A stretch of DNA of 64,000 nt, from positions 32,001 through 96,000 of the forward strand of contig CAWKHF010000006.1 of NCBI GenBank assembly GCA_963849325.1. Direction: 5' to 3'. The notes under the pieces are model-generated. The model did no database searches, had not been told where the DNA came from, and was given only the letters and a program-made list of their open reading frames with translations. How positions within the stretch are numbered: the first letter of the stretch is position 1; the number at the start of each line of letters is the position of its first letter. A program made the position numbers and the translations under genes. This DNA is from an uncultured Planctomycetota bacterium. GTDB lineage: Bacteria > Planctomycetota > Planctomycetia > Gemmatales > Gemmataceae. Below, one piece after another: positions 40,774 to 51,241 of this stretch.

Positions 40774-41145
40774 ATGCGGCCGATCGTTGTGCTTCGTATC
40801 GCTTGTGTCGCGGGGCTTCTGCTGGCGTGCGGCTGTTCGTCCAGCAACAAGGGGAAGATCGAGGGAACGAAATGGACGTCCCTGGCCACGACGGTGAAGG
40901 GCAATGCCCTCCCGGCGGGTGCGCTGAAGCTGGAATTCGGCCAGGACGGCAGCCTGGTTTACAAAGGGGGTCCGCAAACGTACACCGGCACATACTCGTT
41001 GGGGATGGGTCCGACCGTGACCTTGAAGCTCAATCAAGACCTGGCTGGGAGAAAAAATCACGCCGAAAAGATCATCATCAACGGCGATCAATTGACCATG
41101 ACGGATTCCGACGGCACCCAGGTGACCTTTCAAAAGGTGAAATGA
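40774..41145 (+). CDS. Lipoprotein, unknown function
   Basis: Lipobox-like LLLACGC; KIEGTKW; RBS GGGAG. Confidence 0.75.
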   Translation: MRPIVVLRIACVAGLLLACGCSSSNKGKIEGTKWTSLATTVKGNALPAGALKLEFGQDGSLVYKGGPQTYTGTYSLGMGPTVTLKLNQDLAGRKNHAEKIIINGDQLTMTDSDGTQVTFQKVK

Positions 41146-41164
41146 CCTCGCAAGCGAGCTTCTC

Positions 41165-41218
41165 TCCGAGCCTGAAGCGTAAGCGAAGAGTGCTCTTCGC
41201 TTACGCTTCAGGCTCGGA
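41165..41218. repeat. REP-like palindrome, family B
   Basis: TCCGAGCCTGAAGCGTAAGCGAAGAG-TG-CTCTTCGCTTACGCTTCAGGCTCGGA. Confidence 0.9.
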
Positions 41219-41295
41219 AAAAGCGAAGCGATCATTCGTGACCTATGCTTGCGCGGAGTGTTCGCCCTATCCGGGTCTGCGCGGAGGTTTCGTTC

Positions 41296-41394
41296 ATGCA
41301 CCATTTGCCTTTGCCCGTTCTGTTCGGCGTGGTCGGCGTCCTGCTGGTTGTGGCCATCTACTTCGCCTGGGGCCGCAAGTTCGGCAAGCCGTAG
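41296..41394 (+). CDS. 32-aa single-TM small protein
   Basis: GGAGG at 41283; MHHLPLPVLFGVVGVLLVVAIYFAWGRKFGKP*; below the ORF-track length cutoff. Confidence 0.6.
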   Translation: MHHLPLPVLFGVVGVLLVVAIYFAWGRKFGKP

Positions 41395-41487
41395 CTACAA
41401 TGAGGAATGCGGTGAGCAGGGTGCAATTCGACTGACGAATTTGCCTTCCGTTACCCTGCTGCCGTCTCCCTCGCTTGCGGCGGCCTC

Positions 41488-42615
41488 ATGGACGGCATTT
41501 ATCTCGACAACAACGCCACCACGCCCCTGCTGCCCGCGGTGGGCGACGCCATGCGTCCGTATCTCACCGAGGTTTTCGGCAACCCCGCCAGCGCTCATGC
41601 CGTCGGTCGCCGCGCTCGCCGCGCCCTGGAGGACGCCCGCGAATCCGTGGCCGCCCATCTCGACGCCCATCCCGACGAAGTCCTTTTCACCAGCGGCGCC
41701 ACCGAGGCGAACAATCTCGCCCTGTTCGGCCTGTCGGGGGAGCCGCCCGCCCACCTGCTCGCCAGCCCCGTCGAACACCCCTCCGTCGCCGAGCCGCTGC
41801 GCCGCCTGGCCGAGTCCGGCTTCGCGCTCGACTACCTACCCGTCGATGCCGGCGGCCGCGCCCCCGCTGGCGCCCTGTCCGGCGCCCTGCGCTCCGACAC
41901 GCGCCTCGTCGCCGTCATGCTGGCCAACCACGAGACCGGGGCCGTGCAGCCCGTCCGCGCCCTGACCGAACTGCTGAATGACCGTGCCCTGTTTCACTGC
42001 GACGCCGTGCAGGCCGCCGGCAAGATCGACGTTTCCTTTCACGCCCTCGGCGTCGATACCCTGACGATCAGCGCCCACAAATTCCACGGGCCACAAGGCG
42101 TCGGCGCGCTGCTGGTACGTCGGGGAGTGAAACTGCGGCCGCGGACGTGGGGAGGACATCAGCAGCACGGCCGCCGGCCCGGCACGGAGCCGGTCGCCCT
42201 GGCCGTCGGCCTGGCCTGTGCCCTCGATCACGCCTGCCGCGACAGGAACGATCGCCTGGCCCAAGTCCGCCGCCTCCGTGAACGCTTCCTCGATCAGCTG
42301 CGGACGAACGTCGCCCCCGTCGTCGTCAACGGACCCGACGACGGCATTCCGCACACGATTAACGTGTCGTTTCCGGGATTGAAGGCCGACCTGCTGCTGA
42401 TGAACCTCGACCTCGCCGGCGTCGCCTGCTCGACGGGTTCGGCGTGTTCGAGCGGCTCGCTCTTGCCCTCGCCGGTGCTGCAAGCGATGGGCGTACCCGA
42501 CGCCGTGCTGCGCTCGGCGATGCGCTTCAGTCTCAGTCCGCTGCTGACGCCGGAGGAGATCGACGAAGCCACCCGCCGCATCGCCGTCGTTGTCGCGCGC
42601 CTGCGACGAGGATGA
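41488..42615 (+). CDS. Cysteine desulfurase (IscS/NifS family)
   Basis: IYLDNNATTP, FTSGATEANN, HCDAVQ, SAHKFHGP, STGSACSS. Confidence 0.93.
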   Translation: MDGIYLDNNATTPLLPAVGDAMRPYLTEVFGNPASAHAVGRRARRALEDARESVAAHLDAHPDEVLFTSGATEANNLALFGLSGEPPAHLLASPVEHPSVAEPLRRLAESGFALDYLPVDAGGRAPAGALSGALRSDTRLVAVMLANHETGAVQPVRALTELLNDRALFHCDAVQAAGKIDVSFHALGVDTLTISAHKFHGPQGVGALLVRRGVKLRPRTWGGHQQHGRRPGTEPVALAVGLACALDHACRDRNDRLAQVRRLRERFLDQLRTNVAPVVVNGPDDGIPHTINVSFPGLKADLLLMNLDLAGVACSTGSACSSGSLLPSPVLQAMGVPDAVLRSAMRFSLSPLLTPEEIDEATRRIAVVVARLRRG

Positions 42616-42619
42616 GACC

Positions 42620-43225
42620 TCACGGCAGCAAGTCCCCGACTGGGATGGTCGCCACCGCCGCTCCGTCCAGTGTCAATGGGATGTCATCGCCGAGGCGCCG
42701 ATCCTGCCGCTGGGCATAGGCCGGTGTCGCCGTGGGGCCGGAGGGATCTGTGTAAACCTCCACCTGGTGATCGACGAGATTGACGATCCAGTAATAAGGT
42801 ATACTGGCCCGCGCGTAGATGCGTCCCTTATCCGCGCGGTCGCCAGCCAGCGTCGTATCGGCCACCTCGATCACCACGCCGACATCCGAGGGGCCCGGAT
42901 GGCGCGAGGAGTAGCTGCGGGCGTTTCCTCGGACGATCGCGCCGTCCGGTTCCGGTTCGCTTCCGCCCAGTGTGACGGCGGACTGCATTCGCAAGCACCA
43001 GCCCCCGGGCAGCAATCGCGGCAATGTATCCTGAATGAGCTGCAAAGCCGCGTCGTGGGGGGGATTGCGAGACATCTTGTGTACCAGATAGCCTTCCAGC
43101 AGTTCGAGATTGTCGTCCTCCGTGAGGATGCCGATCTCGATCAGCTTGTGATACTCGGCCACGCTGAAGCGGTGAAATCCGGCCATGGTGCCCTGCCAGG
43201 GTAGAGAAATCGTTTGCGTTGTCAT
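42620..43225 (-). CDS. Uma2/DUF820 family endonuclease-like protein
   Basis: HRFSVAEY, LELLEG, EPEPD, VIEVAD, K..IYA, YWIVNL. Confidence 0.9.
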   Translation of the reverse strand: MTTQTISLPWQGTMAGFHRFSVAEYHKLIEIGILTEDDNLELLEGYLVHKMSRNPPHDAALQLIQDTLPRLLPGGWCLRMQSAVTLGGSEPEPDGAIVRGNARSYSSRHPGPSDVGVVIEVADTTLAGDRADKGRIYARASIPYYWIVNLVDHQVEVYTDPSGPTATPAYAQRQDRRLGDDIPLTLDGAAVATIPVGDLLP

Positions 43226-43449
43226 GGCTCCCTCCGCGCTGGTTCGCCGCCTGTTGTACCACGCCGCCAGCGCCGGCCGCAACCGAAGTCCTCGTTCTCC
43301 TATTCGGCTGCGGTCACAACCATGCGGATGGGCCGTAAGATAGGCAGGGGAGAAGGCGGCTCGCGGGTTGACCGCGGACTGAACTCCCCTCGCCGTCACG
43401 GCCGGCGAAGAGAACAACCGCCTTTCAACCCTTCTCGGAGGCCCCGTCC

Positions 43450-44310
43450 ATGTTGCACTCGCTATCCGCCTCGAAGTATGAGTTGCTGTCGCGCGCCGCC
43501 GTCTACTTGCGTCTGCCCTCGTCTCCGCATCGGTCGCCGGAAGTGCTGGCGGACGGCACGGGTCTGCGCTGCCCGCTCTCCGGCCGGGAGTATCCTGTTC
43601 GCAATGGCGTTCTCGACCTGATCGGACAAGAGCCGAACTTGACGGTCAGCCAGAAAGCGCTCAATACCCGCGCGGCGGCGTGGCTGTACGATCGGTTGCG
43701 CTCGACGGCCCTGCTTCGGCTGCTCGGGATTCCGAGCTTCGCCGTCGAGATCGCTTCCATCCAGCGGAAGCAGCGCATCGTGCCGGGTGACGTGGTCCTC
43801 GACCTGGCCTGCGGGCACGGCAATTTCACCGCCGAACTGGCGCGGCGAGTGGCCCCAAGCGGACTGGTACTCGGCATGGATCTCTCTCCGGCCATGCTGG
43901 CACGGGCGGCGGCGCGGGTCCGGCAGCGGCGGCTGGACAACGTCCTGCTGGTGCGCGGCGACGCCCTGAACCTGCCGCTGGCCGACACCTGCTTGGCCAA
44001 GATCAATTGCTCGGGCGGCTTCCACCAGTTCCCCGACCTGCCCCGCGCCCTGGCCGAGATCGCCCGCGTCAGCCGCCCCGGCGCGACGCTGACGGCCTCG
44101 ACGTTCGCGGCGGGTCCGCCCGAAGCCAACGTCTCCTTTCACGCCCGCGCCCACGCACGGTTCAAGAACTGGCTCCATCGCCGCTACCAATGCCATTTCC
44201 TCTCGCTGGTCCGGCTGGGCGAACAGCTGGCGGCGGTGGGTTATGGCGAGTATCAATGGTCGCTGCCGGGCGGATGGTTTGGATACACCTCGGCCCGGTT
44301 CGTCTCGTGA
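43450..44310 (+). CDS. SAM-dependent methyltransferase
   Basis: VLDLACGHG, GMDLS, RGDALNLP, ALAEIARVSRPG. Confidence 0.88.
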   Translation: MLHSLSASKYELLSRAAVYLRLPSSPHRSPEVLADGTGLRCPLSGREYPVRNGVLDLIGQEPNLTVSQKALNTRAAAWLYDRLRSTALLRLLGIPSFAVEIASIQRKQRIVPGDVVLDLACGHGNFTAELARRVAPSGLVLGMDLSPAMLARAAARVRQRRLDNVLLVRGDALNLPLADTCLAKINCSGGFHQFPDLPRALAEIARVSRPGATLTASTFAAGPPEANVSFHARAHARFKNWLHRRYQCHFLSLVRLGEQLAAVGYGEYQWSLPGGWFGYTSARFVS

Positions 44311-44358
44311 AAGATCCCCAAGCGGAGCCGCAGGGACCGGCTTCGTCTTTTTTCGCCC

Positions 44359-44700
44359 TTATTCGGAAGACGACGCCATGTTCCGCTCGGCCTTTTGTCG
44401 CCTTTTTTCCTCAATCCATTGCTGAGCCGCTCTCACCTGATCCACGGCCGGGGGCAATCCCGCGATGGAGCGCATGCAGGACGGATCATAGCGATGAGCG
44501 AAATCCAACATCTCCTCGAGTATCTCCTCGGGGAGATGGCTCAGAACGAGGTCCGGATGGTCCGGGTCAAGCATATGCAGGCAATCCATCATGACTTGAT
44601 ACCCCGTTATCGCGCCATCCCGATACATCTCGATCAGCTCGTCTACCATCCCATATCTCATCTCATTCTGGCCACTAATCGTTGCTTTACCTCCAATCAT
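44359..44700 (-). CDS. Hypothetical protein, last in the XPB gene run
   Basis: RBS GAGGTG before ATG 44700; MIGGK...MVDELIEMYRDG...; lower GC than flanks. Confidence 0.55.
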   Translation of the reverse strand: MIGGKATISGQNEMRYGMVDELIEMYRDGAITGYQVMMDCLHMLDPDHPDLVLSHLPEEILEEMLDFAHRYDPSCMRSIAGLPPAVDQVRAAQQWIEEKRRQKAERNMASSSE

Positions 44701-44762
44701 GCTCACCTCAGACTCACAACACCATTGACAGCCTCCGGTGTTGCCGAACGACCATTTTACGT

Positions 44763-46932
44763 CTACTCCAGCGCGATCCCAGCGTCGTGCAACCGTTGAC
44801 GCAACGTCTCCGCGTTCTCCTCGGCGACCACCAGCGCCGTCGGCCCCAGTCGCTCCGCGATCAGCTCGCGCGTCTGCGGCCACTGCATCAGGCCGTCGGC
44901 CAATTCCGCCGTGGCAACGTGCAGCACCAGATGCCGCCGCAGACGCGGCGGCTCCCCCTGTCCCGCCGTCAGCAGCAGCCGCGCCGCCGCCGGCAGCGGC
45001 TGGCCGGCACGCTGCCCGAACCACGTCTCCAGCGACGGCAGCGTCATCCCCGCCGCACGTCCCGCCAACAGCGAGGCCGGCGTCAGCCGGTATTGGCGCC
45101 GGCCGTTGGCCGTCGTGCCGCCGACCAGCTCGGCGAAGCGCGGCAGCTCCGTCTCCAGCAGCAGGTCCGAACGCGCCAGGTCCACCGACAGCGTCACGCC
45201 GTCCGGCTCGACGTGGACGCACTTCTCCGGCGGCAGGGCGTAATCGCGCGTGCCGGTCAGGCGGAAGTGGCGGAACTCGATGGCCTCCTCGCTGGCGACC
45301 ACGGCCAGCGTGTCGGCGAGGCGGACGGCCGGCAGGCCGCGCGCCAGCGCCTCGTTCAGGTCGTCGGCGCTGCCGAACTCCAGCAGCGTCGCCGACGGAT
45401 AGACCGTGATGCGATCGCGCTTGTTCGCCCAGGTCCGCAGCGAATCGAGCACGGCCGGCGGCACGCCGCGCGTGCCGTGCTGCTCCAGGGTCAGGCGGAT
45501 GCTGTCGAACGTCTGGCCCGCCTCCAGGGCGCGGTAGACCGTCTCCGGCTGCAGTTGCAGCGTGCAGGCGGCGCCGAGGTTCTCCCAGGCGGCGAACTGC
45601 GTCAGCCGGGCGATCAGGCCGCTCGTCAATCCCTGGCGATAGGCGAGGATCTCCAGGTTCGGCTGCACCAGCAGCGTCTGCGTGTGTACCGCCTCCAGGG
45701 CCGGCGCCTCGCCCAGTCCCAGCAGCCAGCGGCCCGGTCGGCGACAGTCGCACGCGCCACGCACCCTCGTCGCCGCGCACGGCCTGCACCAGCCGCAGAT
45801 GGTAGGCCACGCCGAGCAGGAACGTCTCCAGCCACGGCTTCTGCCGCGACGGCCGCAGCGATTCGCTCGTCCAGTACGGATGCTGCTCGAAGAGCCACGC
45901 TTCCACCGTCTCCGGCCGCACCCAGCCGTCTTCCGGCAGGCGCGCCAGCAGCAGGAAGGCGAGCAGGTACGCCGACGGGAACGGGTTGCCGGGCGGCGTC
46001 TCGCCGCCGCGCCAGCCGTCCAGCGGGTTCCAGGTGGACAGCCGCGGCAGATCGACCCACAGCGATTCCAGCGCCGCCGTCAGTACCCTTGTCCCACGCC
46101 GGCGGCAGTGGCCCGGCACGCAGCTCGCCCTCGACGTCCTCGACCATGCCTTCCAGCTCGGCCAGCGCGATGGCCAGGAAAGCCGAGGTCCGGCACGTCC
46201 GCCAGGCGCTCCGCCGGCGGGGCGTTGAGCAGAGGGTCTTGCTGGAGCCGCTCGAGGTCGCGCTTGAAGAAGCCGCCCTGCTGCGTCCGCCGCAGCGGCG
46301 CGCCGGCCACCTGCTGCCACAGCACCGCCAGACGCAGCAGCCATTCCAGCCCGTCCGCTTCCTGAGGGCGAACGGCCGGCGTCAGCCGGCCGACGCCGGC
46401 CGTTCGCTCGCTCTCGGAGAGATCGGGCAAGCCGAGGTCTTCGCCGATGGCGCGGACGGCGATCGGCGGCGGCGTGAACACCGCAAGCCCGCCGGTCCCG
46501 GCGCCGCCAGCCATTGCTCGAAACTCTTGATCTTACGGCTCGTCCCGCCGTTGCGTCCCGGCTCGCCCTCGGCGCCGTGCAGGCGCGGATAGAGCAAGCC
46601 CGCCTCCAGCAGGTCGAACACGGGTTGCAGGCCGTCGGTCTGTCCCAGCGCGATCGCCATCTCGACGAGGTTGCCGAGGTTCCAGCACGGTTGCCGGCTG
46701 TGGCCGATCAGCGCCAGCACCTGGCGGGCGGCCGGCGTCAGGTCTTGCAAGCGGCGGTCGAGGACGACGGGATTGGACGGGACGGCGACGCCGCGGTCGA
46801 TCAGTTCCTCGACCGGCCACTGGTTGCGCGGCTTGACGAGCGTGCGGCCACCTGACGCAGCAGCGCCTCGTCGTAGCACGCCAGCGTCTGCCGCTGTAAG
46901 TCGGACCAGAAGGCAGGATCGACAACAGGCAT
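44763..46932 (-). CDS. Large protein with two Helicase_C_3 (p52-clutch-like) domains (several frameshifts)
   Basis: Joined from frames 46382, 46080, 44359 and 44763; LLVQPNLEILAY...PETVYRALEAG...VPPAVLDSLRTW and a second copy YRLTPASLLAG..AG...QPLP. Confidence 0.8.
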
Positions 46933-46978
46933 CTCATGTTCGTCCGTCGTAGGGTGGACCGAGCTTGCGCGGCCCACC

Positions 46979-47224
46979 TTACTGACTGCGGACTTGCGGC
47001 GTGTGTCCCATCTTCTGCAGTTCCTGGACCACGGCCTCGACGCGGCCCGGCCGGATGAGCAGGACGCGATCGGTCAGCCGGCCGACGATGTCCTGAGCCA
47101 GTTTCTTGCGGGCCAGCAGTTCCTCGGCCAGCACGGCGTCCTCGGTCTGCACCAGGCAGACGCGGCGGTGCAGCTTGACCGGGATGCGAGCGCCCGCCGC
47201 AGGGCGAACCGGATCGTTCAGCAT
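46979..47224 (-). CDS. Small protein homologous to the C-terminal domain of the Helicase_C_3 proteins (p8/Tfb5-like?)
   Basis: RRVCLVQTEDAVLAEELL...IVGRLTDRVLLIRPGRVEAVVQELQKMG aligns by eye to RRHLVLHVATAELADGLM...IAERLGPTALVVAEENAETLRQRLHDAG. Confidence 0.7.
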   Translation of the reverse strand: MLNDPVRPAAGARIPVKLHRRVCLVQTEDAVLAEELLARKKLAQDIVGRLTDRVLLIRPGRVEAVVQELQKMGHTPQVRSQ

Positions 47225-47252
47225 CAGGGAGTTTTCCTCTTTCAACACTCAT

Positions 47253-47352
47253 TGAAAAGTGAAAAGTGAAAAATAAAAAGTGAAAATTGTCCGGATGAAC
47301 AACATCCGCCGTTCATTTTTCACTTTTTAATTTTTATTTTTCACTTTTCCAT
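47253..47352. repeat. Inverted heptamer array (TGAAAAG)n ... (TTTTCAC)n
   Basis: AT-rich degenerate heptamers on both arms, just downstream of the XPB stop codon. Confidence 0.8.
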
Positions 47353-47359
47353 TTCTTCT

Positions 47360-49132
47360 TCACCCTGCGGCGCGTGCTTCCTCCAGCATCTCCGCGCCGT
47401 CGACGATCTGATAGCTGTAGCCCTGCTCGGTCAGGAACAGCTGCCGATGGTGGGCGAAGTCCTGTTCGCGGGTATCGCGGCTGACCAGCGTGTAAAAGTG
47501 GGCCACCTCGCCGCCGCTCTTGGGCCGAAGGATGCGGCCCAGCCGCTGCGCTTCTTCCTGGCGCGAGCCGAACGTGCCCGACACCTGGATCAGCACGTTG
47601 GCGTCGGGCAGGTCGAGGGCGAAGTTGCCGACCTTCGACAGGATCAGCGAACGGACCTCGCCGTGGCGGAACTTGTTGTACAGCTCCTCGCGCTCGCTGT
47701 TGCTGGTCTGCCCGGTGATGAGCGGGATGTTGAAGCGCTTGCGCAGCTGGCGCAGCTGCTTGAGATACTGGCCGATGATGAGCACGCGGCTGTCCGCGAT
47801 AGCGATCGAGCAGACAGGCGACGACGTCGTCCTTGGCCGGGTTCTCGCTGGCGATGCGGTACTTGTTGCGCCACTCGGCGACGGCGTACTCCATGCGCAG
47901 CGGCTCGGGCATGGCGACGCGCACCTCGGCGCAGGTCGCCTCGGCGATCCAGCCTTTCGTCTCCAGCTCGCGCCAGGGCACGTCGTACTTCTTCGGGCCG
48001 ATGAGGCTGAAGACGTCGGCCTCACGGCCATCCTCGCGCACCAGCGTGGCCGTCAGGCCAAGCCGCCGCCGCGCCTGGATGTGGGCCGTGACGCGGAACA
48101 CCGGCGCCGGCAGCAGATGGACCTCGTCGTAGATGATGAGGCCCCAGTCGCGCTGGTCGAACAGGCGAAAGTGCGGAAATTCCTCGCTCTTGTCCGGCCG
48201 ATAGGTGAGGATCTGGTAGGTGGCCAGCGTGACGGGGCCGATGTCCTTGGTCTCGCCGGTGTACTCGGCGACCTGGTCCTCGGCGAGGTCGGTCTTGTCG
48301 AGGATCTCGCGGTGCCACTGCTTGACGGCGGTGATGCCGGTGGTCAGCACGAGGGTGGAGCGCTGCATCAGCGGCCATGGCGGCGATGCCGACGATGGTC
48401 TTGCCGGCGCCGCAGGGCAGCACGATGACGCCGCTGCCGCCGCGCACGTCGCCGCCGGCGTAGAAGATGTCGGCCGCGTCGCGCTGGTAATCGCGGACGT
48501 GAAACGGCAGACCGCTGCGGGCGAGGGTGCGCAGGTGGATCGGCAGGGCGGCGCCTTCGGTGTAGCCGGCCAGGTCCTCGGCCGGATAGCCGACGGCGAT
48601 GAGCGCCTGCTTGAGCACGCCGCGATGGCCGGGGTCGATGAGGAAGCTGGTAGCGTCGAGCCGTTCGCCGAGGTAATCGCGCACCTCGCGGCTGCCGGGC
48701 CAACTCCTCCAGCAGCGGCCCGTCCTCGCAGACCAGCCGCAAGGCGGACAGCGCCCCTCCTCTCTCGTCTCCTCTGGAGGCAGAGGGGCACGTTCGAGCT
48801 TGACGCGGCCGTAGCGGCTGACCAGCTCGGCGATGTCGGGGGCGAGGTTGGACGGCAGAGGGAACTTGCTGTAGCGGCGCAGCACGTCGAGCATGGCCGT
48901 CGGCGCTCATGCCGGCGGCGGCGGCGTTCCACAGCGACAGCGGCGTCAGGCGATAGGTATGGATGTGTTCGGGACTTTTCTCCAGCTCGGCGAAGGGAGC
49001 CAGGGCGTCGCGGGCCTCGGCGTAGCGGGGGTTATCGACCTCGACCAGGACGGAGCGGTCGCCCTGGACGATGAGAGGGTTGCTGGGGTCGTAATGGTGC
49101 TCAACGCCTCGGGGCGTCCCTGACTTTTGCAC
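47360..49132 (-). CDS. xpb: XPB/Rad25/Ssl2-family SF2 helicase (several frameshifts)
   Basis: N-terminal PLIVQGDRSVLVE...FAELEKSPEHIHTYRLTPLSLWNA; RDYQ, LPCGAGKT, DEVH, GLTATLVRED (RED motif), SRQEEAQRLGRILR. Confidence 0.93.
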
Positions 49133-49248
49133 AGCCTTCCCCTCCCCCGCTCCCGTCAAGGTCCGACGGAGCGCCAAAAAGCGCATCGTAGTGGGTTCGG
49201 ACAGGCCACGCAAGGCGAGATGACGGGCGACTCGGAAGGGAGCGCGGC

Positions 49249-49500
49249 TCAGTAACCCGCGCGGACTTGCTGGCGTTCTTCCAGCAACTCCGAGGCGCGG
49301 TAAACGGAGCGGCGCAGCAGGCCGACGATGCTCCAGCCGCTCAACATGCCGAGTACGAACGTGGCACCCACCACCAGAGGGATGCTCTTGGTAACGTGCC
49401 AGTTAAGAAAGGTCACGGTCACGTCGTGCTGGTTCTGGTAGATAAAGACACCGACGGCCCCGGCGAACACCACCAGGAAAAGGAAGCACAAGAAACGCAT
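49249..49500 (-). CDS. LapA/DUF1049-like small membrane protein
   Basis: TM-QN...V.V.FL.W...P-TM pattern; RBS GAGGGAGG. Confidence 0.7.
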   Translation of the reverse strand: MRFLCFLFLVVFAGAVGVFIYQNQHDVTVTFLNWHVTKSIPLVVGATFVLGMLSGWSIVGLLRRSVYRASELLEERQQVRAGY

Positions 49501-49683
49501 GGGAAGACCCTCCCTCGGTACGGCCCGGAGTAACCCTCCAGGTCCGATAGGGAGATGAGCAAATGGTGCGCCGATGAGGAGCGACGGACGGCCGCGCCTT
49601 CTGCCTCGGGGCGGAGGGCCGATTGGCACGGTCCATGCGTCCTTGTTTCGCCTGCATCGCCCCAGCCAAGCTAAGGGACCGAC

Positions 49684-50248
49684 GTGAGCAAACGAGTCCA
49701 GCGATCGACGCCGGCCGTGCTGACCGTCGGTCATTCGTCGCGGTCGCGGGAAGATTTCCTGGAATTACTTCGCGCCGATGAGGTAGGCCAGGTGATCGAC
49801 GTGCGCAAGATGCCGGGTTCGACGGCCCATCCGCATTTCAACGAGGAGGCGCTGTCGGCCGCCCTGGCCGAAGCCGGCATCGGCTACGTCCACGTCCCGG
49901 CCCTCGGCGGCCTGCGTCGGCCGCGCGTCGATTCGCCCAACGGCGGCTGGCGCAACCGCTCCTTTCAGGGCTATGCCGATTACATGCAGACGGAGGATTT
50001 CGAGGCGGGACTGCAAGCGGTGATCGAGGCGGCACGACGGCGGCGCGTGGCGCTGATGCTGCGCCGAGGCGGTGCCGTGGCGCTGCCATCGCTCGCTGAT
50101 CGCCGACGCCCTCGTGGCTCGCGGCATCCCGGTCGAGCACATCCTGAGTGCCACCCGTCGGCAGCCGCATACGCTGCGACCGTTCGCCCACGTCCACGGA
50201 ACGCACGTCACCTATCCACCCGAAGCCGGCGCGTCCGCATCCGAATGA
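49684..50248 (+). CDS. DUF488 family protein (frameshift near 50060)
   Basis: LTVGHSSRS, IDVR..PGS..HPHFN, LGGLR, YADYM, then C.EAVPWRCHRSLIAD. Confidence 0.88.
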
Positions 50249-50577
50249 CCGTCGGGCCGCGTGAGGGACTCCAGACCTCGGCGAACCTCTTCCGGCTCGG
50301 GCCGAGCCAGCTGCATCACCACCTGACCGTCGCGCAGGAAGACGAGGTTCGGCCAGAGCTTGACGCGGAAGGAACGCCCCAGCGGCCGACCCTTGCCGTC
50401 CTCGACCTTGATGTGACGGACCTCGGGGAAATCCGCCAACAGCGTTTCCAGCGGTCGCTGAAGCGCCTGGCAGTAACCGCACCAGCCGGTGCCGAATTCG
50501 AGCAGGACCGGCCCACTCAGGCGGTCGATCTCGTCGCGGGTCGGTTCCGGCTTGCTGTAGTCGTTGTCGAAGGACAT
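50212..50577 (-). CDS. Thioredoxin-family protein
   Basis: EFGTGWCGYC; FRVKLWPNLVF. Confidence 0.88.
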   Translation of the reverse strand: MSFDNDYSKPEPTRDEIDRLSGPVLLEFGTGWCGYCQALQRPLETLLADFPEVRHIKVEDGKGRPLGRSFRVKLWPNLVFLRDGQVVMQLARPEPEEVRRGLESLTRPDGHSDADAPASGG

Positions 50578-50618
50578 GGTATCACCTCGCCGAGAAAGGG
50601 ACTGCGGCCCCTTTCTCG

Positions 50619-50918
50619 TTATTCTTCGCTTGCTCCGGGGCGGCGAGGAGCGTAGCGAGCCCTCAATACATAGACGATGCGCTCTTCCGGGTGGACCTCG
50701 AAAGTAACCGTGAGAGGCGCAACAATTAGGACGCGCTCGAAATCGCCTCGCGATTCGCCACGGGTCTCGGGATCGGCCGCGAGAGTTCGGTCGATTTCTG
50801 TCATGGCCGTTGTGAGGGCCGAAACATCCTCACCCCGTTGCATGGCGGCCAGCACGAGAGAGGCTAACGTCTTCTCGATCAGCGATCGCTTCCAGATGAC
50901 CGTGTAGGGCTTGTTCAT
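50619..50918 (-). CDS. Putative RelE/ParE-like toxin
   Basis: YTVIW...IDRTLAADP..RGESR...RVLIVAPLTVTFEV...RIVYVL; ATGA-coupled to the upstream small ORF. Confidence 0.55.
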   Translation of the reverse strand: MNKPYTVIWKRSLIEKTLASLVLAAMQRGEDVSALTTAMTEIDRTLAADPETRGESRGDFERVLIVAPLTVTFEVHPEERIVYVLRARYAPRRPGASEE

Positions 50919-51181
50919 GACGGACACCGGCCGGAACGGACCAGTTCCTCCAGATAGGCAATGGCCTCGGCCGTGCTCATCCCTCCCGGTTCCTGGCGCA
51001 GCCGTTTCAATTCCTCCTCGTCGTCGAACAGCGATTTGGCCCAGCTGTAGAGCAGCTTCTGATAAATGTCGGCCGGCAGAAAATGCCCCAGCGTTCGCCC
51101 GCTTTCATCACAGACTTCCCACTCAACGTCGAGGTCGCGCAGGCGGACGCGCAGGTCGGTATCCAATATCAACTTCTGCAT
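50915..51181 (-). CDS. Putative antitoxin
   Basis: MQKLILD...EVCDESGRTLGHF...STAEAIAYL; RBS AAGGAG. Confidence 0.55.
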   Translation of the reverse strand: MQKLILDTDLRVRLRDLDVEWEVCDESGRTLGHFLPADIYQKLLYSWAKSLFDDEEELKRLRQEPGGMSTAEAIAYLEELVRSGRCPS

Positions 51182-51241
51182 GATGGATCTCCTTTGTCGT
51201 GGAACCTCATCTCTACCTGGGACACAGCCGACCAACCGGCT

